Shown here in pieces: positions 12,275 through 26,600 of a DNA stretch of 64,000 bases. Origin of the DNA: Azolla caroliniana (taxonomy: Eukaryota; Plantae; Polypodiophyta). Position 1 is the stretch's first letter. Each line of letters starts with the position of its first letter. The position numbers were made by a program, and so were the translations under genes. Location: assembly GCA_043228905.1 (NCBI GenBank), contig JBHGNT010000020.1, forward strand, positions 4,030,001 to 4,094,000, given 5' to 3'. The notes beneath the pieces were generated by a model. The model saw only the letters and a program-made list of their open reading frames with translations, did no database searches and had not been told where the DNA came from.

Positions 12275-12600
12275 CCTTACCTTTGATTCTGCCTTACCTT
12301 CGACTCTAACTTACCTTCGATTCTACCTACCTTCAACTTTGCCTCACCTTCGACTTTGCTTAACCTTCGAACTCTGCCTTACATTCAACTCTGCTTAACC
12401 TTTGACTTTGCCTTATCTTCGACTCTACCTTACTTTCGACTCCTAAATTTTAACTCTACCTTATGTTTGACTCTACCTTATCTTCGACTCTGCCTAAACT
12501 TCGACTCTACCTAAACTTCATCTTTGAGGATCCTTCAACTCTTAGGAGCCTTTGACTCTGATGAGCCTTCAAGCCTAGCTAACTTTCAACTCCTAGGACC
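12275..12600. repeat. ~17-bp minisatellite (ccttcgactctgcctta)n
   Basis: About 15 degenerate units, decaying to the right. Confidence 0.85.
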
Positions 12601-12733
12601 TTTCAAATCTAACAAGTCTTCAAGTCACCCATCCTCTCTGGTTCAAGTCCCTAGTGGTCCCACTCAGATTTCCAACGCATGCACATAACTTCGGCGACAA
12701 CACTGCCAAAATTCAAAGAGAGAGCTAGGGTTA

Positions 12734-15719
12734 TGTTGAGTGGACCAAGCCCAACATGATCTGGATCAGCTGAATAAGCTAGAGCTGGATCGTAATCTGG
12801 AACCAAGAGCCGGATCGGTGTCTGTATTGGAGAGCCAGATCGAAGAGAACTGAATCAATGCGAACCAGTAGGCCGTTAGAGGCCTACGATCCTTGCCTAG
12901 TAGATAGGCATATTTTTAGTAGTTAGCGTCAGAGCTCAGTTAGCTCAGTTATGAGCATTGAAGTACTTCTGTCAGTCCTTTTAAGAACTTGATAAAAGTT
13001 CTCTCTAAGCAGATTCAATGTATAGAATATTGAGTGTCATTTTGAATAGATTTTTCGGTGTTCAGCTCTCTCTCTCTCTCATACGTACTCTGTGTGTGTT
13101 TTCAAGCTTTCCATTAAACCTGCATATACTTTCTTTTGCTATCTGGCTAAGCCGGTTGTGTCTATGAGCTTCTACACGTAACTCTTCACATGGTATCAGA
13201 GTGCGAGGGTTGAGAATCCTCTACTGCCAACAAAGAGCTTAAACAGACCAAAACCGAGCTTCCAATAAAGAACAGAAAGAAAGAAGAAAGACGTGGACAA
13301 AAGCTTCGCAAGCTCGCTTCCTACAAAAAAGGTCGACTGAAGCAACTACACATCTTGGTCGTGGAAGATGCAACAGTACCTGTTGGGGCACGACTACTAG
13401 AATTATGTAGAAGGAGCAAACGAAGTAGCACTGGAGCCGGCACACAAGAGCTTCCCAGTATGGGAACAAGCAGCGAGTAGAGTGTTGTACTTCCTCGCGT
13501 CCTGTGTGCACAATCAAATGTTAGGTTACATCAGAGACGCAAAACGTTGAAGGAAGCCTAGGAAAATCTCAAAATGATTTTCGCCACCAGTACCACGGCC
13601 CGGAAGTTGCAACTCCGGCAAGAGCTCACCAACATTCAGGAAAGGGACATGTCGGTCACCGACTACACCACGAAGATAACGGAGATCTGTTGTTTAGTCT
13701 AGGTTGAACTTAGCCTCAAACATAGGGTGTCCGTTCCGGAACACTTCACCAAAGGAGTGGTTAAGTCATCAACATGACGGTGGATGAAGACGAGATGGTG
13801 CAGATCTGCCTCGATGTTCTAGCGTAAAAGGTACGGGCCAATCCGGACAGTGATATGCACCCAGGAGAAGCCACCACCCTTTTTTGATGCTGATGGTCGA
13901 AGAAAACCACGCGATTGGGTCAAGAACCACTAAATCGGACAACCGGATGTTGTACACAGAGGCAGATCGGCCCTTGGGCGTGGTAGATGAGGTGGATCAA
14001 CACGCAATAGTGGCGACCAACAAGAGCAGGAAAGAAGGCACAGAAGTGGTGCCAACAGTAGTTCTAGACCCTCCACAATTAGGGGGAGTCAAGGCGGAGC
14101 CGGAAATCGGCAATCTAAGACCGAAACGGAATGATGGTATTATGGCAAGAAAGGCCACCAACAGAGCGAGTACTGGAAGAAATGCACCGATTCGGATAAA
14201 TCCAGATCTGGCAAGGCCGAACAAGGGAGTCGGCAAAGTTCGCACTACATTGAAGGATCGGAAGGATCTGGAACCAGAAATACTAGCAAAGGGCCAGCCT
14301 TTGTGATGAAGCACAATACCAACTCAATGAAGAACGGCACCACCAAACCGAAAGAGGTGTGGTACGTTGACTCCGGAGCATCAAATCATATGACGATCCA
14401 TGAAGAATGGTTCTCATATCTAGAGAAACCAGATCAACTGGGAGTGATCGAAATCGGGGATGACACTCAGCACCCGCCATGTCGGACAAAAGGCGAAGCT
14501 CATGAACGTGTTACACATCCCGCCAATTACAAGAACCTAGTGTCGGGCGGGTAGATCGTCGACCAGGGAATGCAAGTTCGATTCACTCATCTTGGGCGTT
14601 TCATCGAGGAAGAGGGCCAAATGATTGCGCAAGGGCGTGGGGAAGGGAGGATGTTCATCCTCGACACCAATGATGTTGGCATCGCTTTTTTTGCAAAGGG
14701 ACAAAAAGTCTAATCGGATATCAACGTATGGCACAAGCGGATTGGCCATGTCAACTACGTGCAATCAAACCAAGTGGTATTCGGATTGCCGAAGGTCCAA
14801 ATTTTGTGGCCTAAATTTAGTGGCCTGAAGGCCCAAATTTGTGAACCCTACCAGCTTGGGAACCAACACCAACATCCATTCCCCAATGAGCAAAACCAGA
14901 GCCGGAACAAGCTTGACTTCATACATTCAGATGTATGGGGACCAACATAGAATGTAAGTCTTGGCGGGAGTCTATATTTCGTCTCCTTCATCAATGATTA
15001 CACCCGACACACATGCGAAGTTTTCAATTGTTTCCGAAACTTAGAAAGCTTAGTTGAAAGGAAAACGGAGAGGTTTTTCCTCTTTTCTTTGTTGTAGATG
15101 ATGGGGAAGAAAACTGTGAAAATCTATATCACTTTGGTTCCAAGCTCTACATGTTGCTAGTAGCAGCATACATTTTTTGACAGCAAATATTGGAACTCAT
15201 CGGCAAAGTTGTATTCAAATTGCAGGGAGAGGCATTATGTGACATATGATGCTATCAATTTGCATCAAAATAGAAGAGATGATGAGCAATATAGGTGGCA
15301 TAGACTACTTTGATAAAGCCCAAAACTCCATATTCAGTTTGTAAAAAGATGGGGTTTTTTGAACCCGGTGTTGTTGAGACTGTTGAAGCTACACGAGCAT
15401 TCAATACTTCTCTAGTTAATTATGTTGCAATTTTCTTTATAATAGTGGACAGTGAGCCCGAAACAATTCGGGCAAAAGAAAATTTCGGCAGTCTAGAGAA
15501 GAGTCTGATCTCATTCTGGCTTAGTGGTCCAAATGAGAGACTAATTCGGAACGACCAGTCGGATTATGAGCCGACTAGCAACGAAGACTCGGTCATGCAT
15601 TCCCCGTGCAAGGAACCGAGGAGATGTTACACGAGGAAAGAAGAAGAAGATACTGGAATATGGCACCAACAAGGAATAGTCGGATTGGAGTGAATCAGGT
15701 TTCGGAAAGAATGAAGACG
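12734..15719 (+). mobile_element. Copia (Bryco-like family A, copy A1), degenerate and 3'-truncated
   Basis: LTR 12734-13190 (TGTTG..TCACA), PBS TGGTATCAGAG 13191, gag, protease WYVDSGASNHMT, FIHSDVWGP; the integrase core is replaced by unrelated DNA. Confidence 0.9.
13688..13766 (-). mobile_element. Terminal ~80 bp of a Phygy-like LTR inside A1 gag
   Basis: Reverse complement cactcctttggtgaagtgttccggaacggacaccctatgtttgaggc...aacaaca matches the LTR 3' ends at ~1525-1594 and ~32877-32940. Confidence 0.75.
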
Positions 15720-17507
15720 TGTTGGGAAACGGGTCCATCCAGATGGGAAGAGCGAGAGTCAAATCGGATGGAGTCGATGGGTAATTCGGCCGAGGCCAAA
15801 AATCGAAAATTGACAAATCAATTTAATAGCTGATTTGGGAGATTATATTTGTAAATATTCTTAATGTGCCCTTTTGTGTGCTATATGTGTAAATAGCCCA
15901 AAAAGTTGTATTAGTATAAATACAACTAGGGAAAACTTTATGAAAAAGAAGAAAATCATTAGAGAGTTGATTATAGTTGTATAGTTACGGATGAGGTTGT
16001 TGCCTCTGTAACTGTGAGAGAGTGAGTGAGTGTTAGTGAATGTCTACTCTGTAATTGTCTGTCTATCAGATGAAGAAGATCTTGAGGTCATTGCCTTAGA
16101 GTTTCTTATTGTACTTCCTCTCATCATAATGATTCGGTTTGGAGTTTGTGGACTCCATGTGGTTTTTCCCTTTCGGGTTTTCCACGTTAAAATACTTGTC
16201 TCTTTGTACTTTCGTTCTCTATTTTTTGTGCATTGTCTTACTCAATTCTTTGCACCTGAATATACATATGTGAAACCGGTTGTGGCCGGTTATGATCCTG
16301 AAATTTTGGTTAGAGCAATGGAAGAACATTTCGGTGGAATGTTCAAGTTAACCAGCTCCAACTATTTAGTTTGGAAGTCAAAGATGCGGGACATGCTCGT
16401 GTGCAAAGACCTGGGAAGTCATATATCTGAAGGCAGCAACATACATAAGGTGTTTTATAGACATGAGTCTATACAACAACTTTGATGAAGAGACGAGTGT
16501 CGATGTCCTCTGGAAGAAGGTTGGCATGATGTTCGAAAAAGATCGTGAGACTCAGGTATCAAGATGGATCCAGCATGGCAAAGCACCTGAATGCCTTCCA
16601 AGGACTAATAAATCAGACCACCTCTCTAGAAGTGCCCCTTGCCGATCAGGTATTAGCATTATTGTTGTTGGGATCCTTTCCGGACAGTAGGGAAACGCTC
16701 GTTGTCACTTTGGGCAATGCAGGACCGGAAGGGAAGCATCTACCCCTAGAGCAGGTGAAGTCGAGCTTACTAAACGAGGAAGCTTGCCAAAAGGCCATGG
16801 AGTCCATTGCCGACCCAAAGGCCTTAGTCACGAAAAGTGACATGAATCGAGGAAGAGACCAAAATAGAAGTTCCTAGAATCGAGAAAAGTCGAGGACAAG
16901 GTTGAAGTCAAGGGGCAGGCCCACATGCTTCTATTGCGGGAAGCTGGGGCACTTCCAAAAAAATTGCCGACACTTCCGAAAGGAGAAAGGGGAAGCCGAC
17001 AGTGTTCAGCCGAAGAAGATACCGAGCAGCAAGAACACCTTGGCGATCACGACAAGTGAGGAGGAGTTGTTGCTCATCAGTGAGCAAAACGAAGTGAACC
17101 TTGTCGGCGATCAATTGACATGGGTGGTCAATTCGGGTGCGTCGTTTCACCTAACCCTTGACTGAAAATGCTTTTCATTTTACAAAACCAAAGATCTTGG
17201 ATCTGTAAAGATAGGAAATGAAGGGGCATGCCGAATTGTCGGCATAGGAGATGTGTGTTTGGTAACCTCAACCAGGTGCAGACTTGTGTTGAGAGATGTT
17301 TGACACATTCTAGAAGTCAAATTAAATTAGATATCAACCGGTAGGCCAGATGATTAAGGCTACAAAGGTAGCATCCAGAACGATGTCATGAAGTTTTCCA
17401 AGGGAAGCCTGATTGTGGCCCGAGCCCTAAAAACCAACACATTATAATTGATGCATGCTCGATTATGCCGAAACAAAGTGAACGTGGCAGCCTACACAGT
17501 GGGCGAC
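15720..17507 (+). mobile_element. Copia family B copy B1 (LTR, gag, protease), interrupted
   Basis: LTR begins tgttgggaaacgggtcc; gag MFKLTSSNYLVWKSKMRDML, zinc knuckle CFYCGKLGHFQKNC, protease WVVNSGASFH; PBS apparently deleted. Confidence 0.85.
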
Positions 17508-17748
17508 TATTGGGAAATCGGTCCCTCCGGATGGGAATTGGATGAGACGAAGGAAGAAATCGGACCGGATGAATCTAGAAGGTATCCGGCCAATCCGGTG
17601 TGAACCAGAAGTAGGAACATATTAGTAAATATGTTCTGATGCGCCTGTTGAGGCTATACTTGTAAATAGCCCAAAAGCTATATGAGTGTAAATAACTAGG
17701 GCAAAACTTATTATATAGAGAGTTCTTGTTGTGAGTTGCTAGTCGTTG

Positions 17749-17784
<36 letters not shown>

Positions 17785-20700
17785 CAGTTATATCAGTCAT
17801 AACCGTCTATAGGTGAAGATACAGACCTCGAGGTTGTTGCCTTTGAGTCTCTCATTGTTGTATTCCTCTCTTCTATAGTGATCCTATTCGGAGACCGTGA
17901 ACTCCTGTGGTTTTGCCTCTCGAGGTTTTCCACGTTAACATATGGTGTCATCTCATTCATGTGTAAGTGTATCAATCTCTATTTTCTATTTTGTTTCTTC
18001 CATTGTACGTTTGGATCTCGATTGTGGCCGAGAACAATTCCTCACAAAATGGTATCAAAGCAAAGTTCTAAACTTCAAACAAACAAAGTGAAATGGAAGA
18101 TTCATTCAAAGGCATATTCAAGCTCACCGGCTCCAACTACTCGGTGCGAAAGTCGAAGATAAGGGACATGCTAGTGGTCAAAGATCTCTGGTTATCGGTA
18201 CAGTTCGGAGATAAAAGACTAGACAAGATTGATATCGTGACCTAGGAGGTAATGCAATTGAAGAAGACGGCATACATTTGATGCTTCATCAACATGAGCA
18301 TGTACAACAACTTCAATGAAGAGAACAAGGCTCATTAACTCTGGGAGAAGATTGGCATTATGTTGAGAACAAAAATGTCGTGAATAGAGTTTTAGTTATT
18401 TCGAAAAATAGTGAGGCCCGGGTATCAAGATGGCTCTAGTATGGCAGAGCATATGAATGCCTTCCAAGGGCTAATAAACGATACTACCTTGCTCGAAGTA
18501 CCTTTAGCCGATGAGTTACTAGCATTGTTGTTGCTCAGATCCCTTCTGCATAGCTGGGTGACGCTAGTCGTCACACTAGGCAATGCCAGACTGGAAGGGA
18601 AGCACTTGTCCTGGCTAGAGTAAGATCGAGCTTGTTAGATGAGGAAGCTTGTCGAAAGGACAAGGAGGAAATTTCCGACATGAAGGCCCTAATCATGGAA
18701 AGTGACACACCTAGAGGGAGAAACTGAAATAGGAGTCCCCAGAACCGAGAGATGTCGGGGACAAGGTCGAAGTCAAGGGGGAGGCCCACGTGCTTCTACT
18801 GTGGGAAGTTGGGGCACTTCCAGAAGAATTGCCGATATTTCCAAAAGGAGAAAGGAGGAGCCAACAATGCCGACACGAAGAAGAGTTTGGAGTAGAAAGG
18901 AACGTCGGTAATAGCGACAAGTGAGGACGAAATGTTGCTCATAAGTGAGCAGAACGAAGTGAACCTTGTCGGCGATGAATCGACATGGGTGGTTGACTTG
19001 GGAGCATCTTTCCACCTAACCCCTGACCAGAAATGCTTCTCATCATACAAGGCAAGAGACCATGGCCTTGTAAAGATGAGAAATGAAGGTGCATGCTGAA
19101 TTATCGGCATTGGAGATGTGTGCCTGGTAACGTCGGTTGGGTGTCATTCTGACACGTTCCGGAGGTTCGATTGAACCTAATATCAATCGGTTGGCTGGAT
19201 GACGAAGGCTACATGGGTAGCATCTGGAACAACAGCATGAATTCGGCAAGGGAAGTCTAATTGTGGCCCGAGCTAAAAAGACCAGCACACTTTATCTGAT
19301 GCATGCTCGGATATGTCGTGAGGAAGCGAATGTGGCAGCTGACACTATCAGAGAATTGTGGCATAGGAGGTTATGTCACATGAGCGAGAAGGAAATGAGA
19401 AGACTTTCCGATGACAACCTCATTCCGGAGGTTAAGAACGTGCAACTTGAGAAGTGTACTGATTGCTTGGCCTACAAGCAAAACAGAATCTCTTTCCGGT
19501 CGAGACCACCGATGAGACGGAAGGCACCGCTTGAACTCGTGCTACCGATGTGTGCTCCATGGACACGAAGTCACATGCCGGATCACAGTACTTCGTGACT
19601 TTCATAAATGACCACAACCAGAAGTTGTGAGTCTCCACACTCAAGACGAAGGACCAAGTATTGTCCGTCTTCAAGGAGCTTCATGCGAGAGTCGAGAGAG
19701 AAACCGACAAAAGCTAAAGTCTGTGCGAGCCAACAATGGAGGCGAATACAGAGGATAGTTCGAGGAGTATTATTAGTCGAAGGGAATTCGGCTTGAGTAC
19801 ACTGTGCTGAACAGGCCAAAACTGAACGAATTGGCCAAGAGGATGAACCGAACTATTATGGAGAGGGCCCAAAGTATGTTAGCACATGCTAAGTTTTCCA
19901 ATATGTTTTGGGCTAAGGCACTGATGACAACAGTGTACATGATTAACAGATCGCACCCTTGGACGGAGACGTACCACAAAGGGTGTGGACCGCAAAAGAA
20001 GTGTCATACCGACACCTGACAGTGTTCGGTTGTCTTGCCTCGTGCATGTGGCTAAGGATTAAAGGAGAAAATTAGATCCAAAATCTCGGTCATGCATATT
20101 TCTCGGATATGGAGATGACGAATTCGGCTACCGACTATGGGACTTAGTCAACTCGGAGCTGAGACATAGTCTTCATGGAGGAGAAGACTATTGTTGATTG
20201 GGAGTCGGAGAAGAACAGACCCTCTAGAACAGTCGGAAGTCAACAGCCGACTAAAGAACACGGAGAGTCGATTAAATCCGGGTCGACAATCAGAAGTCGG
20301 TCGGGTGTTGGAGTCGGACACAGAGTCGGATCAGACGAAAACAAAGAAGTAGCCGACTTTGACTTGGATGAAGAACTAGTCGAAGGAGAAGAAGATCCCA
20401 TCGAGCCGACTGAGGAAGACGATAGCCTCTAAGAGAAAGAAGAGCCCCCCGCAAATTTCCGGATGAAGAGCATGTGCTACTAACCGACGAGGGGGACCTG
20501 GAAAGCTCTGAGGAAGCAAAGAGGGACACCCACACCCGCAACTGGTTAAGTGCCATGCAGGACGAGATTGATTCCCCGCATGAGAACCACACATACGAAT
20601 TAACGAAGCTACCGAAAGGATAGAGAGCGCTTCGAAACAAGTGGGTGTACAAGTTGAAACCGGGAGACGACAGAAATCCACCGAGGTACAAAGCCCACAT

Positions 20701-21555
20701 TGTGGTGAAGGGCTTCCAGCTGAAGAAAGGAGTGGATTTCGATGAGATCTTTGCCCTGGTAGTAAAGATGATATCCATCCGATAGTGCTAAGCATAGCGG
20801 CAAGCATGGACCTCGAGGTTGAATAGTTGGACATCAAGACCGCATTCCTGCACGGTGATCTCGAAGAAGAGATCTACATGCAGCAGCCAGAAGCATTCGT
20901 CAAGAAAGGGAAGGAGAACATGGTGCGCTAGTTGAAGAAGAGTTTATATGGATTGATGCAAGTTCCCCGGCAATGGTACCGGAAGTTCGACTCCTTCATG
21001 ACCGACCAAGGGTACCACAAGACGCAAGCCCACCACTGCGTGTTTGTGATGAAGTTCGACGGTGGAGACTTCCTAATACTTCTATTGTACGTGGACGACA
21101 TGCTGATCGTAGGACGGGACCATATCAAAATCGGGATGTTGAAGAAGGCCTTGAGCATGTCCTTCTCAATAAAAGATATGGGTCCGGCGAGACAGATCTT
21201 AGGGATGCACATAGTCCGGGACTGAACAAAGAACCTATTGTGGCTATCACAGGAGAAGAAGTATGTGACAAAGGTGCTCCAAAGGTTTAGCATGATGGAT
21301 GCAAAGTCGGTCGGGTCGACACTTCCGGCAAACAGTAAGTTGTCAGGAAAACAAAGTTCGAAGACAAAGACGAAGAAAGCTGAGATGATGAAGGTACCTT
21401 ATGCCTCAATAGTCGGAAGCCTAATGTATGCAATGGTGTGTACCCAACCGAACATTGGATATGTAGTCGGAGTGGTCAACCGGTTCATGGGAAATCCGGG
21501 AAGAGAGCATTGGGTCTCCATTAAGTGGATCCTCCAATACCTGAAAGGCACCTCA
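17508..21555 (+). mobile_element. Copia family B copy B2 nested in B1; gag-PR-INT-RT, 3'-truncated
   Basis: LTR 17508-18046, PBS TGGTATCAAAGC 18050, CCHC knuckle, integrase, RT (KKSLYGLMQVPRQW, LYVDDML, EHWVSIKWILQYLKGTS). Confidence 0.9.
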
Positions 21556-22400
21556 AACTTCTACAAGTTAAGTAAGAAACAAACGCCCTACACCCTCCTC
21601 CTCCTTGAGACGGTATCACTTCCCATTGAGATCATGGCCATGGAAAGGGTTGTTCAATACATGCTTAAGGTTCAAAAATGTCCCTCACATCGACTTCCTA
21701 GAATTGCATGGGAAGCAAGCAAAAATATCTAAAAGACGCATAAAAGCAAAATTTTGTGTTTCGGTTGGATGCAAGATATGGAAAAATGGTTTGGTATATG
21801 GGATGCAACACACTTGCTTCATGATGCATCTCTAGATTCCTTTGTAAATGAGGCCTTTTTGCAACGCCAATGTATCATGACATGGGACAAATGTGGAGGC
21901 TCACACTTCACACATTATACTACACATGTTGCACGTAACTACAAAACCATATTCTTCGTGGAATGGGGAAACTGTACACATCGATACATGTTAGAGCCCA
22001 TCCCGTTATTTGCCATTCAAACCATTGCTTTCATACGACTTAGCTCACATGCATTGTGATGTGAGATGGGGCATTGGGGCATTGGGGCATAAGTGATGAG
22101 AGTGGTCGACTATGCACACTTCTCCCTAAACAAGTTCAAGAGTCTGAGTATCACACTTTGGTACAATGCTCTGACTTTGATCATATTCGACCATGTTTTC
22201 CACTCATCTTTGACCAAGCCCAATCCTTGCATGGATTACTCTCACAACCACAATGTGCACTCTCTATTGCAACATTCATTCGTAAAGTTCTTGAACATCA
22301 AGAATCGCTACTCACTTTCACACATATCACGTGAAATGTAATTTTTTTGGTCTCATAGGTCATATTTGACCTCCGAAGACAATAATATAATCTATATATT
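21556..22400 (+). mobile_element. LINE 3' end (ORF2 C-terminal zinc-knuckle region, RTEX/RTE-like)
   Basis: RLSSHAL-CEMGHWG...RLCTL..QESEYHTLVQCSDFDHIR; near-identical inverted copy at 47145-47871. Confidence 0.75.
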
Positions 22401-23159
22401 ACCGTAGTTCTTCTAGGAATATTCAATGCATCTCCGGATGTGTTATGTACACATAACGTTGGTGAGGGTAGGTTACTAATATTTACATTAGTGAAGGGTA
22501 TGTTCACTAATGTTAAAAAGGGGGCTAATGTGATTAGATAGAAGGAAAGATAGGTGCATGCACTATCATGATTCAGGCAACCAATGAATGGAGACTCTTT
22601 TAGAAAGGTGCATCTATTCAAGGGGCCTAGGAAAAGGTATAAATATGAGGCTTAGCTACCCTCATAAGCACATTACGTCGGAAGGTTGGTGTCTTAGACA
22701 CCGGTAGTGCGGGCTAGGCTTTCGTCTCGACGATCGTGTTTATCTCTTCCAAGGTATTAGTCATCCTAATATCCGGCCTTATGGGAAGTCGGTGGTAGGT
22801 TGGCTATGTCTAGATCATAGCTCGGGGGTGGTCGGGTGGAATGGGTTTTTCTATCCAATCTATTTTCCTTCTTTTACTTTACTTTGGTCTATTGATTAGT
22901 AATAGACTCTTAACAATGGTATCAGAGCATTTACTAACATTTATTATTTATTTTTTTGATGTTTTTTGAGTGTGAGCGATGGGGATCTAACAAGGCTCAT
23001 CATGCTCATCACAACATCAAAACAACATTCTTAACCCGGTATTCTTCTTTCTCGATCTCTCTCTCCTTTTCTATGATGCGTTCTTCTTGGTTGAATCAAA
23101 TCTGTATTACATTTTATTTTCTTTCTTTCTACCTTCTACCATGCTACAATTTAAAAAAT

Positions 23160-23605
23160 GATTGTGCATGGGGTCGATCGTGTTTGCACTAATCACACAC
23201 GCTCAACTCATGGCCCTTTTTTATATTGCGATGTATCTCCCACACTCCCCTCTCTTGAGTCATCTCTTACCATAATAATTATTCGTGTGCATCGGGTCGA
23301 GTGTGTTTGCCCTAATCGCACACAATCACCTCATGGCCCTTTTGCATATGATGTTGAGTATGCCACTCTTCCCTTTATTGAGCCATCACTTGGCTGATTC
23401 TATGGGATGTTGTGGTCTTGACGAGGTGTATGTCACCTACCTATGCCACTCTACTCTCTATTGAGACATCACTTGGCCAATTCTATGGGATGTTGTGGCC
23501 TTAACGAGGTATATGCCGCTTAACTATGCCTCTTTACTCTTTATTGAGCCATCACTTGGCCAATTCTAGGGAGATGTGGTGGTCTTGAGGAGGTGCATGT
23601 CGATT
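23160..23605. repeat. Tandem repeats in the 5' UTR of element C (2 x ~124 bp, 3 x ~83 bp)
   Basis: attgagccatcacttggc recurs at ~23378, 23461 and 23543; gtgcat..ggtcga..gtgtttgc.ctaatc.cacac occurs twice. Confidence 0.8.
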
Positions 23606-26600
23606 ACGTTAGGGTTTCATACCTTAAGGCATTGATTATTATTCTAATTATTTTCTAATTACACATATTGTTTTTTCACTTTCTGATGATTTTCTCATAA
23701 TTGTCATTAAATACCCACCCACAATTAACTCTCTTTCTTGCTCTTATTTTAAGTTCATCTACACTATTTACGTACGTTTTATGGTGTAACGATTCATATA
23801 GACTAATTTTAAATATTGAGTGGGCATCATGCCACTTTTTGAACATTTTTTCCAAAATGTTCTCTAGGTTTGACTCATGTAATCGAGCCTTAGAACTAGA
23901 TTAAAAACACATCAGTTCCCCTATTGATGTTTTACTCATAAATTTGGGTACTACATCTTTGCGCACAACACCACCACCATTTGTATCAATTTGTGGCTTA
24001 TGTCACAATTGTGCAAATTACAACCACCATATTGGGATTTATATGTGCATACCTCGCACCATCCATTTATTTGTGACATTTTTTTTAGTAGGTAGCACAT
24101 GGGTTTTTTTTACCCTTGTTTTCGTCACTACTTGATTCTTATGGGTAATGCCTTATTTTATCGTTTTTATCATAAAATTTGCTTGTTACTCGTAAGACTA
24201 GAATATTACTTGGGAGTGCACTTGTTTTTTCACATAATACACTTTCTCGACCATATCAATACATGTTAGGTTGGCATTCTAATATAAGGCTAACTAGGAA
24301 ACTACATTGATGTTAGAACCATGGTTGAGCCTCGGGACCCTGCCATGATTATTCAAGCTAGAGATCCGAGAAAGACATCTTAGCTATGTTTTCCCCCATG
24401 GTTTTTAAAACACCATAGTGTTACCATATTTATCACATCTTGAATCACATCTCATATGTCTAGAGGGGTAAAGACGTGAGATGCTTTCTTGGTAAAGTTC
24501 TTCCAATCAAAATTTTCAAGCATTCATTTTGCTTGTGTATTTTCTGAACCTCCTTATTTATATTGCATACCCACAACTTGCATCATGGAACAAGTTTTGA
24601 AGGTTGTTGGAGTGATCTCTCTGACCGAGACCTCTCAACTCCAATCTGCATCTCGCACACAAGCTGAGATCACTATTGAGCAATTGCTCACTACTACCTT
24701 GAATCAATTCACCGAAATGAGGCAGGACAATATGGCATTGGAAACGAAATTCCAAGAATTGACTATTGAGTCCACGAAAGAAGGTGAACCTTCTTTTGTA
24801 GTAATATCATTCAAGGGAGATAAGAAAGAAAGAACCGAGGAGGCCATTAGCACTTGGCTTGGTTGTTGGGAGTCTCACTTTAAGCTCCACCCCAAGCCCG
24901 ATGCTATAAAAATTGGTGTTGAGTGAGCAAGCTCAACTAGATCTGGATCGGCTGAATAAGCCAGAGCCGAATCGGTATCCGGAACGGAGAACCAAATCAG
25001 TGTCCGAATGATATCCGGAACCAAGACCTAGATCGGAGACCCGGATCAGATTGAAACCAGTAGGCCGTTAGAGGCCTACGGATCCAGCCCAGTACGTAGG
25101 CATATTTTTGGGAGTCAGTGACAGTCGCTCGTATGAGCATTGAAGTACTTGTCAGTACTTTTGTTAGTCCTTTATGGACTTGTATAAAAGTGTTGTCTAA
25201 GCACATTCTATGTACAGAGTTACAGAGTGTTATTTTTTAATAGAGTTTTATGTTCTGCTCTCTCTCTCTCTCTCTCTCTCTTGTGTATGCTTATTCTTTG
25301 TGTGAAGCTTCCATTAAACCTTCTTCTCTTTACTGTCACTATCCGGCCGAGCCGGTTTGGCATACGCTTCCGCACGCTAACTTTCACATGGTATCAGAGC
25401 GCGAGGGTTGAGACTCCTCTGCAACCGACAGACACTTTCGAAGACAACCCCTAACACCCGGTAAAGAACAAAAGAGAATCGAAGAAGGATAGAGGAATGG
25501 CAAATTCACTTCCGACAAAAAAGCTCGACCGGAGCAACTATGCATCTTGGTCATATAAAATGCACCAGTACCTGCTGGGGCATGTATTGGAGCTATGTGG
25601 AAGGAACCAACGAGGTAGCACCGGAGCTGGCACACAAAAACTTCCCGGCATGGGAGCAAGGAACGAGCCGAGTATTGTACTGCCTCACATCCGGTGTGCA
25701 CGATCAGATGCTCGGCTACATCAAGGATGCAAAAACGCCAAAGGAGGCCTGGGAAAATCTTCAAAAGATTTTCGCCACGAGTACCACAACCCGTAAGTTG
25801 CAGCTCCGACAGGAGCTGAACAACATCCGACAAAGAGATATGTCGGTTACGGACTAAACCACTAAGATAAAGGAGATTTGTGACGCGCTCGGATCCATCA
25901 ATGTGACGGTGGACGAAGACGAGATGGTCCAGATCTGTCTCGTGGTCTAGCACAATGGTACGAGCCAATTCGGACGGCAATTTGCACCCGGGAGAAACCA
26001 TCATCCTTCTTCGACTTATAATCAATGTTGATGGTCGAAGAAAACCACGCGAGTGGGTCGAGGACCACTCAATCGGACAACTGGATGTTGTACACGGAGG
26101 CGGATCGACCCCATGGGCGTGGAGGACGAGATCGGTCGGCACGCAATGGTGGCAACTGGCAAGAGCAGAACCGAAGGCACAGAGACAATGCCGATAGCAG
26201 TTCCAAACCCTCCACAAGCAGGGGGAGTCAAGCTAGTGCCGGAAACTGGCAAGGAAAGGCGGAGACGGAATGCTGGTACTGTGGCAAGAAAGGCCACAAA
26301 GAAAGCGAGTGTTGGAAGAAGCGCGTCGATTCGGATAAATCTGGATCCGGCAATACCAGACAGGGAAACCGACAAAGCTCACACTACGCAGAAGGATAGG
26401 AAAGATCCAGAACCAAGAAGACCGAAAAGGGGCCAACCTTTGTGATGAAGCACAAGGCCAACTCAATGAAGAAGACCACTTCCGGACCGAAGGAAGTGTG
26501 GTACGTTGATTCCAGAGCATCTAACCATATGACGAGCCATGAAGAGTGGTTCTCGTTTTTAGAGAAACCGGAACAACCGGGGATTGTCGAAACCGGAGAC

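Noticed and set aside
25384-26217. Long antisense ORFs over gag/pol (also 34309-35073, 4934-5509 and others)
   Set aside because: Shadows of coding strands with no recognisable domains.
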